Source: Cryomorphaceae bacterium
GTDB taxonomy: Bacteria > Bacteroidota > Bacteroidia > Flavobacteriales_D > Crocinitomicaceae
DNA: 64,000 bases
Direction: 5' to 3'
Assembly (NCBI GenBank): GCA_027485415.1
Contig: JAIXRC010000031.1
Span: forward strand, 4,084 to 68,083
Under the pieces are notes generated by a model, which did no database searches, had not been told where the DNA came from, and saw nothing but the letters and a program-made list of their open reading frames with translations. Positions 1-9,220 of the stretch are shown here, in pieces (positions within the stretch are counted from its first letter, which is position 1; each line of letters opens with the position of its first letter). The translations under genes were made by a program, and so were the position numbers.

Positions 1-20
1 CGCTTGGTGGTGGAGTGATC

Positions 21-1961
21 TTAATCCATCACGAGCATAGGTAAGATGAATTCCTGCCCTGATGTGGTTGAAATTTTTACGAAAAAATAACCCTTTCCGA
101 AGTCTGCTTTCACGGGAACATCTAACGCCACAACGTTCATATATTGAACCCTTCCCTGCATATCATAAATGGAAATTTTTTCAATATTTTCGGGATTTGA
201 CACCTGAAAAACAGCGTTCGACCTTACGGGATTTGGAAGCACATTAAACTGGTTTAAATCACCATTTTGTGCTAAACCCACTTGTGAAAAAACTACCTCT
301 TCTGCACCCATCTCATAGGCTGGGCCTAATGGGAGTGAATGCCAAAAATAATCCATGAAACTGCCAATGCCGAACGTGGTCAACAAATCTAAGCCTTGGT
401 TAATAGCAGGTGAATTTGAAGTAAGGCGATAACTCATAAGGGATTCTGTTGGATTTGGATACAAAATAGGTGCAGGGTTCCATAAATTGGTTAACTGTGG
501 ATTGGATACTATGCCATAATCATTATTCAACCATTTTTCACAATAATTCCCGGCGGTACGGAAAGAAGCCAATGAGTTATAAGAACCTCCATAAAAAAAC
601 TCCGGTGTTTGACCATTGGACCAATACAGGTTATTGATAAATCTTGGTTCATCGCCTAAAAAGGTCGAGGGAACATGAATCAAAGGTAATCCATCAGTAA
701 TGAACTGGTTGTTGTAGCATTGAATCCCTGCCATGGTGCTACCGTAATCGGTCATCTGAAACGCTCCAAACGTAGGATAGTTATTCGTGTTGGAGGAAGA
801 GGTTATGACCGTATTGTTATGAAATGTGAGTCCCCACCATTCCGTTCCAGGTGCGGTAAAAAGGGTAACCGAACTGTTGTTGGTCCTGGCATCGTTTACG
901 CTAAAATTGTAACGTACAGTGTTGTTTCCCCAAGGACGCGCGCCCGGAAAATTTCCTAACAAAATTCCCGCACCATCGTTGTCATGCGAGTAATTGTATT
1001 GCAATACGGAGTTGGTTGTTCCACCGTCCAAATCAAAACCTAAACCATCACACCCATTTCCAGAACCCGATTTATTGTGATGGCTTTCATTGAACTGAAT
1101 GGTGACATTATTCGCTGCATAAACCCAAATGCCTCCAGGACCACCGCAAGCAGTATTCAGGCTTCCGGTGTTGTAAACCACACAACGCTCAATCAACGCT
1201 GAGTCGATTTGGGATAAAACAATACCACTGCCTTTATGAGAATTAGCTGAATACCCGGTAATATCATGAACCTTGGTATGTTTGATCTGGAAACCGTAAT
1301 GTTGGTAGTTGGTAGAATTTTGCGTATCGTAGGCGATGCTCACAATCCCATTTTCGCGGCAATCATGAACCGTACAAGAATCAATTTTCACATTTCGAAA
1401 ACCGGAATTGACCGATGCTGACCAATTCGAGTAGAAACGAATTCCACAATATCCAAATCCTGAAACCTCAATATTATTTAGCTGAATATTTCTAAGATAA
1501 CCCGTCGGTAAGTCGGTGTAGAATAAAACCCCGTCACTGTTCGATGCCATTGCAACACCTGGTCCTTGAAATATCAAATTTTTCAAAATAAATCCTTGGG
1601 TGTTGGTCGCTTTGAAACCGCATTTTGCCGTAGTAAGGGTTTGAATTGTAGCAATTCCATTCCCATAGGAACCAATAAAAAGTGGGTTATTTGGATTATT
1701 TGCATCCAACGCATCGAATTCGAGGTTACCGGTGTAACTGAAATTACCCTCAAAAAGAAGGGAGTCACCTGGAGAAAAGACAAAATTATTAACTGACGAA
1801 ATTAAGTTCCACGCGCTGTTAGGACTTAAACCATTGGTATTGTTCCCATTCGGACTGACATAATAGGTAGTGCTATGCGCTTCAAAAGAAGCTACAAAAC
1901 AAAACATCATCAGCCAAATTTTATCGAATCTGAAGTAGTTTTTCCGTCGATTGTTTTCCAT
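21..1961 (-). CDS. Secreted right-handed parallel beta-helix (pectate-lyase fold) protein with T9SS type A C-terminal sorting domain
   Basis: 646-aa ORF. Signal-like N-terminus (IWLMMFCFVASFEAHS). Serial PbH1-like turns (LRNIQLNNIEVSGFGYCGIRF, FRNVKIDSCTVHDCRENGIVS, NVTIQFNESHHN, NSVLQYNYSHDNDGAGILL). C-terminus LPNPVRSNAVFQV...GYFFVKISTTSGQ fits the Por/T9SS CTD pattern. Confidence 0.75.
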   Translation of the reverse strand: MENNRRKNYFRFDKIWLMMFCFVASFEAHSTTYYVSPNGNNTNGLSPNSAWNLISSVNNFVFSPGDSLLFEGNFSYTGNLEFDALDANNPNNPLFIGSYGNGIATIQTLTTAKCGFKATNTQGFILKNLIFQGPGVAMASNSDGVLFYTDLPTGYLRNIQLNNIEVSGFGYCGIRFYSNWSASVNSGFRNVKIDSCTVHDCRENGIVSIAYDTQNSTNYQHYGFQIKHTKVHDITGYSANSHKGSGIVLSQIDSALIERCVVYNTGSLNTACGGPGGIWVYAANNVTIQFNESHHNKSGSGNGCDGLGFDLDGGTTNSVLQYNYSHDNDGAGILLGNFPGARPWGNNTVRYNFSVNDARTNNSSVTLFTAPGTEWWGLTFHNNTVITSSSNTNNYPTFGAFQMTDYGSTMAGIQCYNNQFITDGLPLIHVPSTFLGDEPRFINNLYWSNGQTPEFFYGGSYNSLASFRTAGNYCEKWLNNDYGIVSNPQLTNLWNPAPILYPNPTESLMSYRLTSNSPAINQGLDLLTTFGIGSFMDYFWHSLPLGPAYEMGAEEVVFSQVGLAQNGDLNQFNVLPNPVRSNAVFQVSNPENIEKISIYDMQGRVQYMNVVALDVPVKADFGKGYFFVKISTTSGQEFILPMLVMD

Positions 1962-3462
1962 TTGAAATTTTTAATAAATAATTTCCTGCTTGAATGTTGG
2001 AGTTTAAATCATATGTCAAAATCGCTTCGGTTTGCTCCGCCTCAAATACCTTCTGGCCATTCAAATCGAATAAGGTAATAGTTGCTGGAATACTCCCTTT
2101 AGAAATGTCCAAGGTAAATGATCCAGATGCTGGATTGGGGTAAATTTCAACATTGCCGAATGATGTTTCGTTCAATTTTGCTCCTTGTGGCTCATTGAAT
2201 ATTTCAAATAGCCCTTGAGCGTACCAACGCGCTAAATAGTCATTTGGATGAAGGGAATTGGCCGTGCAATGATTGGCACCTTTGCGCTGATAAATCGTGT
2301 CGCTCATGGCGGTCATATCGAAAACCACGGTACCTACCGTATCCAAATTCATCATGGCTGCTCTAAACCCGTACATATCCATTGCACCGTTCGCAGGAGC
2401 CCCCATTCCGTTCACATCCGGCAACATGTTCGAAATTAAAATAAACTCTACGTCAGGGTTATGGGTTTTCATTTTATTCATTGCTGATTGCAAGCTGTTC
2501 ATAAATGCTGCAGTGGATGTTCCCCAAATATCGTTCATTCCCATATCGATGATCACCAAGTCTGGGTTATTGGGGTTCACCAACGGCTCACAATAATTAT
2601 CGACCCATGCAATCGTCTTACCGCCACAAGAACTGTTGAGCATGCTGGTATTATTTCCAAAAACTTGATTGAGTTTTGTGCCAAGCATATCGATGTAACT
2701 GTGCATGTAGGGGACATTGGCTTGAAAATTATTCGGATCACCTATAAAACCGCTCACGTTCAAACCACAGGTTATCGACATGCCTATTGCCTGAATGGTC
2801 AACGGCAATTGGTTATTCAATTTGGCCATAGTCTTAGGTAATTGTTGTCCACGATAGGTGAAATTGTTGTTGGAATTCCAATTGGATCGATTGGGAATAT
2901 ACGTTACATTGGTCCATGAACTGTGCTGTTTATTTTCCAATCCACTGCCAAAGGTAGTGGTAACCGATGCGGATACATTCGGACTCATCTGAGTTATGAT
3001 ATTTCCATTCAGCTGATAATCGACTCCCGGAGTAAAAGATGTATTGTAATTGTAGTTTTTCACTGAAATGATTTGGGCTGGTTCAAACATTAAATTAGCA
3101 CTTGAACCTACTCCATCCAACAATATTAATTCGTTGTATATGGTATCACAATTCCAAAACGGATCCATATAGCGGTTAAAATTTATCTGAGGCATGTTGT
3201 TTCCATAATGTGGAAACTCATAATATCCGCCGGCGACTGGCGAAACCAATACCCACGCCGCAAGTGCGGGAGAACATGACCATGATGCTTCAGCCGCAGG
3301 TACCACCAATAATGGATTGCACTGTGCATCGTAGAAAGTACAGTTGCCGCCGGCATAATACACCGTATTTGGATTGGCTGCAACAGCGCCAACCGGGGGA
3401 GGACATTGAGAATGAATGGCGGAATAGCAGCAAAATACGAAGAATAGTTTAAGCAATTTCAT
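1921..3462 (-). CDS. SGNH/GDSL-like hydrolase with T9SS type A C-terminal sorting domain
   Basis: 513-aa ORF with signal peptide (LFFVFCCYSAIHSQ). SGNH-like blocks: GMSITCG, IIDMGMNDIW (GxND) and SLHPNDYL near the end of the catalytic part. C-terminal IYPNPASGSFTLDIS...GNYLLKISNGKQ is a T9SS CTD. Confidence 0.65.
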   Translation of the reverse strand: MKLLKLFFVFCCYSAIHSQCPPPVGAVAANPNTVYYAGGNCTFYDAQCNPLLVVPAAEASWSCSPALAAWVLVSPVAGGYYEFPHYGNNMPQINFNRYMDPFWNCDTIYNELILLDGVGSSANLMFEPAQIISVKNYNYNTSFTPGVDYQLNGNIITQMSPNVSASVTTTFGSGLENKQHSSWTNVTYIPNRSNWNSNNNFTYRGQQLPKTMAKLNNQLPLTIQAIGMSITCGLNVSGFIGDPNNFQANVPYMHSYIDMLGTKLNQVFGNNTSMLNSSCGGKTIAWVDNYCEPLVNPNNPDLVIIDMGMNDIWGTSTAAFMNSLQSAMNKMKTHNPDVEFILISNMLPDVNGMGAPANGAMDMYGFRAAMMNLDTVGTVVFDMTAMSDTIYQRKGANHCTANSLHPNDYLARWYAQGLFEIFNEPQGAKLNETSFGNVEIYPNPASGSFTLDISKGSIPATITLFDLNGQKVFEAEQTEAILTYDLNSNIQAGNYLLKISNGKQSTEKLLQIR

Positions 3463-3774
3463 AAATAGAATAAGTTATTTACCTTAAAAATAACCGATAA
3501 ATTTCTAATTATCAATTCATTATTTAGAAAGTAACAATAACATAATATCATGGACGGCGATAAGATCTACCCTATCGTTTTTACTCCTCGGTCTTCGTTC
3601 AAAGACTCAATAATTCATTCCAAAGGCCCATAAAGGAATACCATTGAGGTAACGTTTATTATATAATCCTTCCTTGATTATACAAAATGCACAAGCAATT
3701 GAGCAATATATTCTAAAAATGCTCAACGAAAAGTGCAAAATGAATATCTTAAAAAGTATTATTCATGGTCCTGT

Positions 3775-3902
3775 ACTACTTCACGCGGTTAAAAGCCATC
3801 GCTTTCAGCATCCAATTCGGCAGGAATTTACCGGGTTGACGGTTTTTCAAGTTGAGGTACCATCCGATTTTTTTAATCACCGGAACTTTGTGGGTTTCCA
3901 CG
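3775..3902 (-). pseudogene. Displaced, diverged copy of the last ~40 codons plus stop of the VOC-family gene at 4635..5693
   Basis: Translates in frame to ETHKVPVIKKIGWYLNLKNRQPGKFLPNWMLKAMAFNRVK*. The intact gene ends ETHKVPVIKKLGWYINLKNRPVGKFLPKWMLKAMAFNRVK*. The first 40 nt (actacttcacgcggttaaaagccatcgctttcagcatcca) are identical to 4634..4673. No upstream coding continuation. Confidence 0.85.
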
Positions 3903-4032
3903 ATACTCTTCAAAAAAAGTATAAAATGAATTCTGAAAGACCTTTTTATTGACATGTCCAACCTATGAATTTCAAAAGCTACATTGAGCCGCTTAACAAC
4001 TTCAATAAAAATTATTTAATTTAGTTGTTACT

Positions 4033-4263
4033 ATGAAACATGCAATAGAACGAATTACCATCAATCCAGAAATTTGCCATGGAAAACCCTGTGTAAGAGG
4101 AATGAGATGGCCAGTTGAAGTTATTTTAGATTTAATGGGTTCTGGAATGACCCAAGAGGAAATATTGGAGGATCATCCTGAATTGGAAAAGGAGGACCTT
4201 TTGGCTTGTTTTAATTTCGCAAAATTATTTATGTCCGGGCATACCATAAAATACGTTGCTTAG
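4033..4263 (+). CDS. DUF433-family putative antitoxin
   Basis: 76-aa ORF. INPEICHGKPCVRGMRWPVEVILDLMGSGMTQEEILEDHPELEKEDLLACFNFA matches the DUF433 (COG2442) consensus. Its stop is 2 nt before the partner gene. Confidence 0.85.
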   Translation: MKHAIERITINPEICHGKPCVRGMRWPVEVILDLMGSGMTQEEILEDHPELEKEDLLACFNFAKLFMSGHTIKYVA

Positions 4264-4265
4264 CA

Positions 4266-4628
4266 ATGAAGGTTCTTTGCGATGTTCATATTTCGTATAA
4301 CGTGGTACGACTTTTAAACATGAACCAAATAGAATCCATTCACGTTAATGATATTTTAGATGGTTGGTCTACTAAAGACAGAGATATTGCACTCTTTGCG
4401 GACGCTAATGATTTCATAGTCTTCACAAAGGATGCAGATTTTCGAAATTCTCATTTTTTATCCCAAACACCTAAAAAATTAATAAAATTGAGTTTAGGAA
4501 ATATTTCAACGAAAGACCTACTATCCATCCTTACAGAAAACTTAGAGCATTTGCGAAAAATTTGCTTCAACGATTGTTTTATCGTGGAAATAAATCCCAA
4601 TCTAATAAGCTATATAATCCAGGAGTAG
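4266..4628 (+). CDS. DUF5615-family PIN-like putative toxin
   Basis: 120-aa ORF. MKVLCDVHIS...STKDRDIALFADANDFIVFTKDADF resembles the DUF5615/Mut7-C-like PIN fold proteins that pair with DUF433 genes. Tight two-gene arrangement. Confidence 0.8.
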   Translation: MKVLCDVHISYNVVRLLNMNQIESIHVNDILDGWSTKDRDIALFADANDFIVFTKDADFRNSHFLSQTPKKLIKLSLGNISTKDLLSILTENLEHLRKICFNDCFIVEINPNLISYIIQE

Positions 4629-4634
4629 CACTAA

Positions 4635-5693
4635 CTACTTCACGCGGTTAAAAGCCATCGCTTTCAGCATCCATTTGGGAAGGAACTTACCTACTGGGCG
4701 ATTTTTTAGATTAATATACCAACCCAGTTTTTTGATTACAGGTACTTTGTGGGTTTCAACAAATTCGATCCATGCGCCGTCGGGGTCTTCGATGTAGGAG
4801 AATCTACCGCCAGCCTCACCCATATCAAAGGTATCAGAGCTATCTACGGTAAATGGAAAGCCTGCCTTTTCGCAACGTGCTTTTAATTCATCCATTCCCT
4901 GGATATCAAAACACAAATGGATAAAGCCCCAATCTCCCCAAAAACGGTTTTCAAAAATGCGTCGAACGTCGGTGCGGTCCATGGATTGCACCAATTCAAT
5001 GGAGGTGGGTCCCAGCAATTTTGCAAAAGGACCTTTTCTCGCTTCGCGGTGGATTAACTTAACCCGACGAAAGGTTCCTTGCGATAGTGGAGCGAAATCC
5101 TCGAAAGAACCCGTTACATCGTAGACCACCGTTTCATAACCTAGGACGTCACGGTATAACTTCAGCGATTGTTCAATCGACGAAACTCCGATGATGCTCC
5201 CGGCAACACCTCCGCAATGTGAGGGATGTCCTGTGGACGTGAACCAACCGGAACCTTCAACAATTTGGAAGGGATTTCCGTTGGGATCCTCCACAAAATA
5301 GCTTAAAGAACCGTCGGGTGCGGTGGCCAGTGTACCCAAAATTTTCGCCCCTTGTTGCACCATGTAGTTGTAGGAAGCGCGCACATCGCGCGATTTGATT
5401 TTGCAAGAAAAAAGACCTAAGTCACCCAACTGCACTTCGAAGGTTGGTTTTTCGGTATTTCGGCTGGTGTATTGCCAGATTTCAAAGCCTCCTCCACCGT
5501 CCATGCTCAGGGCAAGGGTAGCCGTGCGCGCTTGCACTTTATCGCCTGTATACTGAATCATTAAAGGTGCTTCAGCCGCTTCTTCGAAAATGCGAACGTC
5601 GACGCCAAACATGGTACGATACCAGCTCCAAATCGCTTGAACATCGGGAACACCAATGCCCATCTGTTGAATACCGCAAATTATAGGTTCCAT
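4635..5693 (-). CDS. VOC (glyoxalase/bleomycin-resistance/dioxygenase) family protein, two-module
   Basis: 352-aa ORF. Repeated beta-alpha-beta-beta-beta style modules with FEIWQ, FVEDPNGNPFQIVE and YIEDPDGAWIEFVE motifs typical of VOC proteins. Confidence 0.8.
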   Translation of the reverse strand: MEPIICGIQQMGIGVPDVQAIWSWYRTMFGVDVRIFEEAAEAPLMIQYTGDKVQARTATLALSMDGGGGFEIWQYTSRNTEKPTFEVQLGDLGLFSCKIKSRDVRASYNYMVQQGAKILGTLATAPDGSLSYFVEDPNGNPFQIVEGSGWFTSTGHPSHCGGVAGSIIGVSSIEQSLKLYRDVLGYETVVYDVTGSFEDFAPLSQGTFRRVKLIHREARKGPFAKLLGPTSIELVQSMDRTDVRRIFENRFWGDWGFIHLCFDIQGMDELKARCEKAGFPFTVDSSDTFDMGEAGGRFSYIEDPDGAWIEFVETHKVPVIKKLGWYINLKNRPVGKFLPKWMLKAMAFNRVK

Positions 5694-5706
5694 TCCAACT
5701 TTTTTA

Positions 5707-5714
5707 CAAAGGTA
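5707..5714 (-). promoter_or_regulatory. Bacteroidota -7 promoter motif (TAccTTTG on the minus strand) upstream of the VOC gene
   Basis: The plus strand reads caaaggta, 14 nt from the ATG at 5693. Matches the TAnnTTTG consensus described for Bacteroides/Flavobacterium sigma-A promoters. Confidence 0.5.
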
Positions 5715-5720
5715 ATTTTT

Positions 5721-8012
5721 CTAGCGAACTGCTCGTTCATTGAACAGCACATAGCCAAAACTCAGCTGAAAATTCCACGGTGTTGTCACCAAAGGAAAAT
5801 AATTCACGGAAGCCCTAAGGGGCCCCAATGGCGTAAAGTACAGCAAACTTGCCGAGCCTAAAAAACTGTTGGCCTGAAAAGGTTTTGCGTACGTAATAGA
5901 ACCATCGCTCAATTTTTCTAGCACCACAAAAGGCTGGTAATAATAGGCATCGATACGTGCTTCAAAGGATTTCACCAAGGGAAACACCGCATTCAATCCC
6001 AAACAAACGAATTGAGGCGAACGGTATTCCTTAAAAAAATACGTTTCCAAATCTGGAATTATATTCAAGGTAGGCATTGAGAGCAAAGAGGCCGTGTAAT
6101 TGGCAAACAATGACTGCGAATTCAACATAGCTTTTCCATGAAACCCAAAATGCAATCGAGGCAGTGTCAAAAAATAATATTGTCCTTCGACATTGAGGTT
6201 TAACCAATCGTGCTGTTTACGGACGGTTGAGTCAAATTGCGCGGTGGTGCCAGGAATACTCGTTTCTAACGCGGATAAAAATTTTGCCTTGAAGGTAAAA
6301 AAGTGGCCTTCATTGGCAAATTGCTTTCGATTTAACGCATTGTCCGTGATTTCATACGAAACCAGGTTTCCCTTTAAAAAAGTAACATCCGTGGTATCTG
6401 TGCTCAGGAAGTTCATGGTTTGATAGTAATCGTCTTCCAAGGAAAACAATCGCACATCGAGTTCGCCGCGGGAATTCGTTAAGAGTGGGTGCTTTAACTT
6501 CAGCCCGAAGTACATTTCATTTTGGACGAGAAAAGACGGTTTTACGTCTTCAAAAAACGTAGCATAACTTCGGTAGTAATCCCATCGATTCATCGTAAAG
6601 TAGGCATTTGCGCTAACAGGAAAAACACCCGGAAAATCTAAATTCAATTCCGTCCTCACGGAGCCGTAGAACTTCCCAAAATAGGACTCTGCATGAAGGG
6701 AGCTAGCCACCTTACCGAGGTGGCGATAGGTTAAACCAAGATATCCTGTATTTACAGGACGCGAGGATAAATGCCCGCCAATGCCCAATTTGAAGGGTTT
6801 TGACGTGCGCACGTTGAGCTTCAAATTATACGTGCTGTCGGGTTTCATGTTGAAACGAGGAAAAATAAAATCCACCTGCTCGGCGGCATAGAGCTTGTAA
6901 TACCGATCTTCCAATTGACTCCAATTCATAGGTTTATTTTGGCGTCTACCAATCAAGGATCGACTCACGTATTGATCGATGGAAGCAGTCTTGCTGGCAG
7001 AAAGGATCGAAGTAATGAGCAGGGAATCTACCGACTGACGAAGGCGGTTCCTGCGCCCAGCAAGCGCCTTGCTATTGCTCGTATCTGAAACCTGCAATTT
7101 TATGGAGTCGATCAACTGGAGCGTATGAAGATATCCAGCTTCGATGGCTTTTTTGGCCTCTGAAAAACTAAAGGTGCCCACGTTCACTTTTGGTTCAATA
7201 ACGATGCCTTCACGGCAAGGTAAGGCATAGTTGGTGGGGAAGCGCGTGAGTTGGTCCAGCAAACCCAGAAAATCTTGTTCATCACTCACCTCCGTATTGG
7301 CGGAAACATTGCTACCTATAATATAATCTGGGTGAAACGTTTGATACATGACGTCCACCGGGAAATTATTGTACAACCCGCCGTCGAAATAAATTAGGCT
7401 ATCAATTTTTATCGGGTTTAAATACAGTGGATAAGTCATCGAGGCGCGCACCGCAGCGTTCAAATCTCCCGAAGCGAAGGTCACGGATTTTTTATGCTTA
7501 ACGTCGCTGGCAACACAACGAAAAGGAACCAACAATGAATCAAAATTACCTCCTACTTTGGCACCGGTTTGTCCCATCAACCTCAACATTTCGAAATCTA
7601 GGGCTGTGGGTTGTACCAAATTCATTGGTAAAGAGCTGTTCAATAAAGATTTAAAGGAAAAGGGGACCGACACCATAGAGGCATCGGGATATTTCTCCCG
7701 ATAAAGGTACCTTCTCCCTGTTGGTATAATACCATTGGACATCCGTTGGAATTTCTCCGATGTGACCAAAGCTTCCATTTCCCTTGGACTTAGGCCACAG
7801 GCATACATGGATCCAACCAAGGCCCCTGCAGACGTACCGCAAATATAATCGATAGGAATATGATGCTCCTCCAGGGCTTTTAAAACGCCAATATGCACTA
7901 ATCCCGTTGCTCCACCGCCACTAAGCACGACTCCCACTTTCTTTTGACTGAAAACAGCTTTGGAACAGAGACTGCAAAAAAACACAAGAAAAAGGATGCT
8001 TTTACCCTTCAA
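5721..8012 (-). CDS. Patatin-like phospholipase with C-terminal outer-membrane beta-barrel-like region
   Basis: 763-aa ORF with signal peptide. Oxyanion motif VLSGGGATG, nucleophile elbow GTSAGA (GxSxG) and DGG catalytic Asp motif (YFDGGLYNNFP). The long C-terminal half is rich in alternating aromatic beta-strand patterns and ends in F-rich strands. Confidence 0.85.
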   Translation of the reverse strand: MKGKSILFLVFFCSLCSKAVFSQKKVGVVLSGGGATGLVHIGVLKALEEHHIPIDYICGTSAGALVGSMYACGLSPREMEALVTSEKFQRMSNGIIPTGRRYLYREKYPDASMVSVPFSFKSLLNSSLPMNLVQPTALDFEMLRLMGQTGAKVGGNFDSLLVPFRCVASDVKHKKSVTFASGDLNAAVRASMTYPLYLNPIKIDSLIYFDGGLYNNFPVDVMYQTFHPDYIIGSNVSANTEVSDEQDFLGLLDQLTRFPTNYALPCREGIVIEPKVNVGTFSFSEAKKAIEAGYLHTLQLIDSIKLQVSDTSNSKALAGRRNRLRQSVDSLLITSILSASKTASIDQYVSRSLIGRRQNKPMNWSQLEDRYYKLYAAEQVDFIFPRFNMKPDSTYNLKLNVRTSKPFKLGIGGHLSSRPVNTGYLGLTYRHLGKVASSLHAESYFGKFYGSVRTELNLDFPGVFPVSANAYFTMNRWDYYRSYATFFEDVKPSFLVQNEMYFGLKLKHPLLTNSRGELDVRLFSLEDDYYQTMNFLSTDTTDVTFLKGNLVSYEITDNALNRKQFANEGHFFTFKAKFLSALETSIPGTTAQFDSTVRKQHDWLNLNVEGQYYFLTLPRLHFGFHGKAMLNSQSLFANYTASLLSMPTLNIIPDLETYFFKEYRSPQFVCLGLNAVFPLVKSFEARIDAYYYQPFVVLEKLSDGSITYAKPFQANSFLGSASLLYFTPLGPLRASVNYFPLVTTPWNFQLSFGYVLFNERAVR

Positions 8013-8023
8013 AGTTTGTTCAT

Positions 8024-9220
8024 TTGCACAAAAATACGCGCAATTTTAAGCCCATGAACCCAAAGCCAACAGAAAGTCATAATAATTTAACAATTACCCT
8101 TAAATGTTTTTACGGTTTCGAAGAAGTGCTAAAGGAAGAATTAGAGGAGCTCGGATATCAAAACGTGACCACAGGAAACCGGGCAGTCTTGCTCAAAGGA
8201 ACATGGAAGGACGTTTACTTCCTGAACCTTTACAGCCGTTGCGCTATCAGCGTTTTGGTGGAGATTACACGATTTACTTTTCGCAACGAAAAGGATTTGT
8301 ACGATGCCTCCTTAAGCGTAAATTGGTCGAAATTATTCCACGAATCGAATACGTTTGTAGTACGTGGTGCCATTCAAACCAAGAAAGTTCGCAACACCCA
8401 TTATCCATTTTTACTGGTAAAGGATGGGATCGTTGACCATTTTCGTGAAAACAACAAAGAGCGTCCGTCGATTGACACCAAACATCCAAAAATTGTGATT
8501 GACCTTTACCTCAACGATAAAGAAGGTGTTATTTCGATTAACACCAGCGGTTTACCGCTTTTTCAACGAGGATATCGCACATCTACTGGAATTGCTCCTA
8601 TCAACGAAGTTGTTGCTGCCTCTTTAATTCGACTTTCGGGATGGGACCGAAAGCAAGCCTTTTACGACCCGTTTTGCGGTTCAGGCACCTTACTGATCGA
8701 GGCCGCTCTTCTGGCAACGGGCGTTCCGTCGAACATTGAACGAACGCATTATGCCTTTAAAAACCTGGCAAATTTCAATGCAGATATTTGGGAAGAATTG
8801 TATCAAGGAGCTCCAAGAATAATACGGTCGCTTCCTTGCAAAATCGGCGGTTCGGATATTTCCGATGAGATGGTACTCAAAGCACGTCGCAACCTCAGAG
8901 GATTTTCTTTTGGCCGCTTTATCGAGATTAATTCCCAAGACTTCCAGGAGGTAACAACCAATGATTCCATTGAATTTATCCTAACCAACCCACCTTACGA
9001 CGAGCGCATGGAATTAACGGATGAAACCCTTTACCAGCGACTGGGGACTTGGATGAAACACACGCAACAGGGCGTACCTATTTGGATTATCAGCAGCAAT
9101 GCGGATGGATGGAATGCCATTGGCTTAAAGCCAAGCAAAAAATTCGAGGTTTTTAACGGCGATTTGAAGTGCAGTTTCCGCCGCTACGACACCTACGATT
9201 CTTTGACTAGCGCTCGCTGA
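8024..9220 (+). CDS. THUMP-domain class I SAM-dependent RNA methyltransferase (UPF0020/RlmL-like)
   Basis: 398-aa ORF. N-terminal THUMP-like region, SAM motif DPFCGSGTLLIEAA and catalytic NPPYDERM motif. The true start may be the Met at 8054. Confidence 0.8.
   Translation: MHKNTRNFKPMNPKPTESHNNLTITLKCFYGFEEVLKEELEELGYQNVTTGNRAVLLKGTWKDVYFLNLYSRCAISVLVEITRFTFRNEKDLYDASLSVNWSKLFHESNTFVVRGAIQTKKVRNTHYPFLLVKDGIVDHFRENNKERPSIDTKHPKIVIDLYLNDKEGVISINTSGLPLFQRGYRTSTGIAPINEVVAASLIRLSGWDRKQAFYDPFCGSGTLLIEAALLATGVPSNIERTHYAFKNLANFNADIWEELYQGAPRIIRSLPCKIGGSDISDEMVLKARRNLRGFSFGRFIEINSQDFQEVTTNDSIEFILTNPPYDERMELTDETLYQRLGTWMKHTQQGVPIWIISSNADGWNAIGLKPSKKFEVFNGDLKCSFRRYDTYDSLTSAR

Noticed and set aside
3674-3961. 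92-aa plus-strand ORF and 61-aa minus-strand ORF in the AT-rich spacer, considered as independent genes
   Set aside because: The minus-strand ORF is just the displaced 3' fragment of the VOC gene extended upstream to a fortuitous Met, so it is annotated as a pseudogene fragment. The plus-strand ORF is its antisense shadow with no supporting signal.
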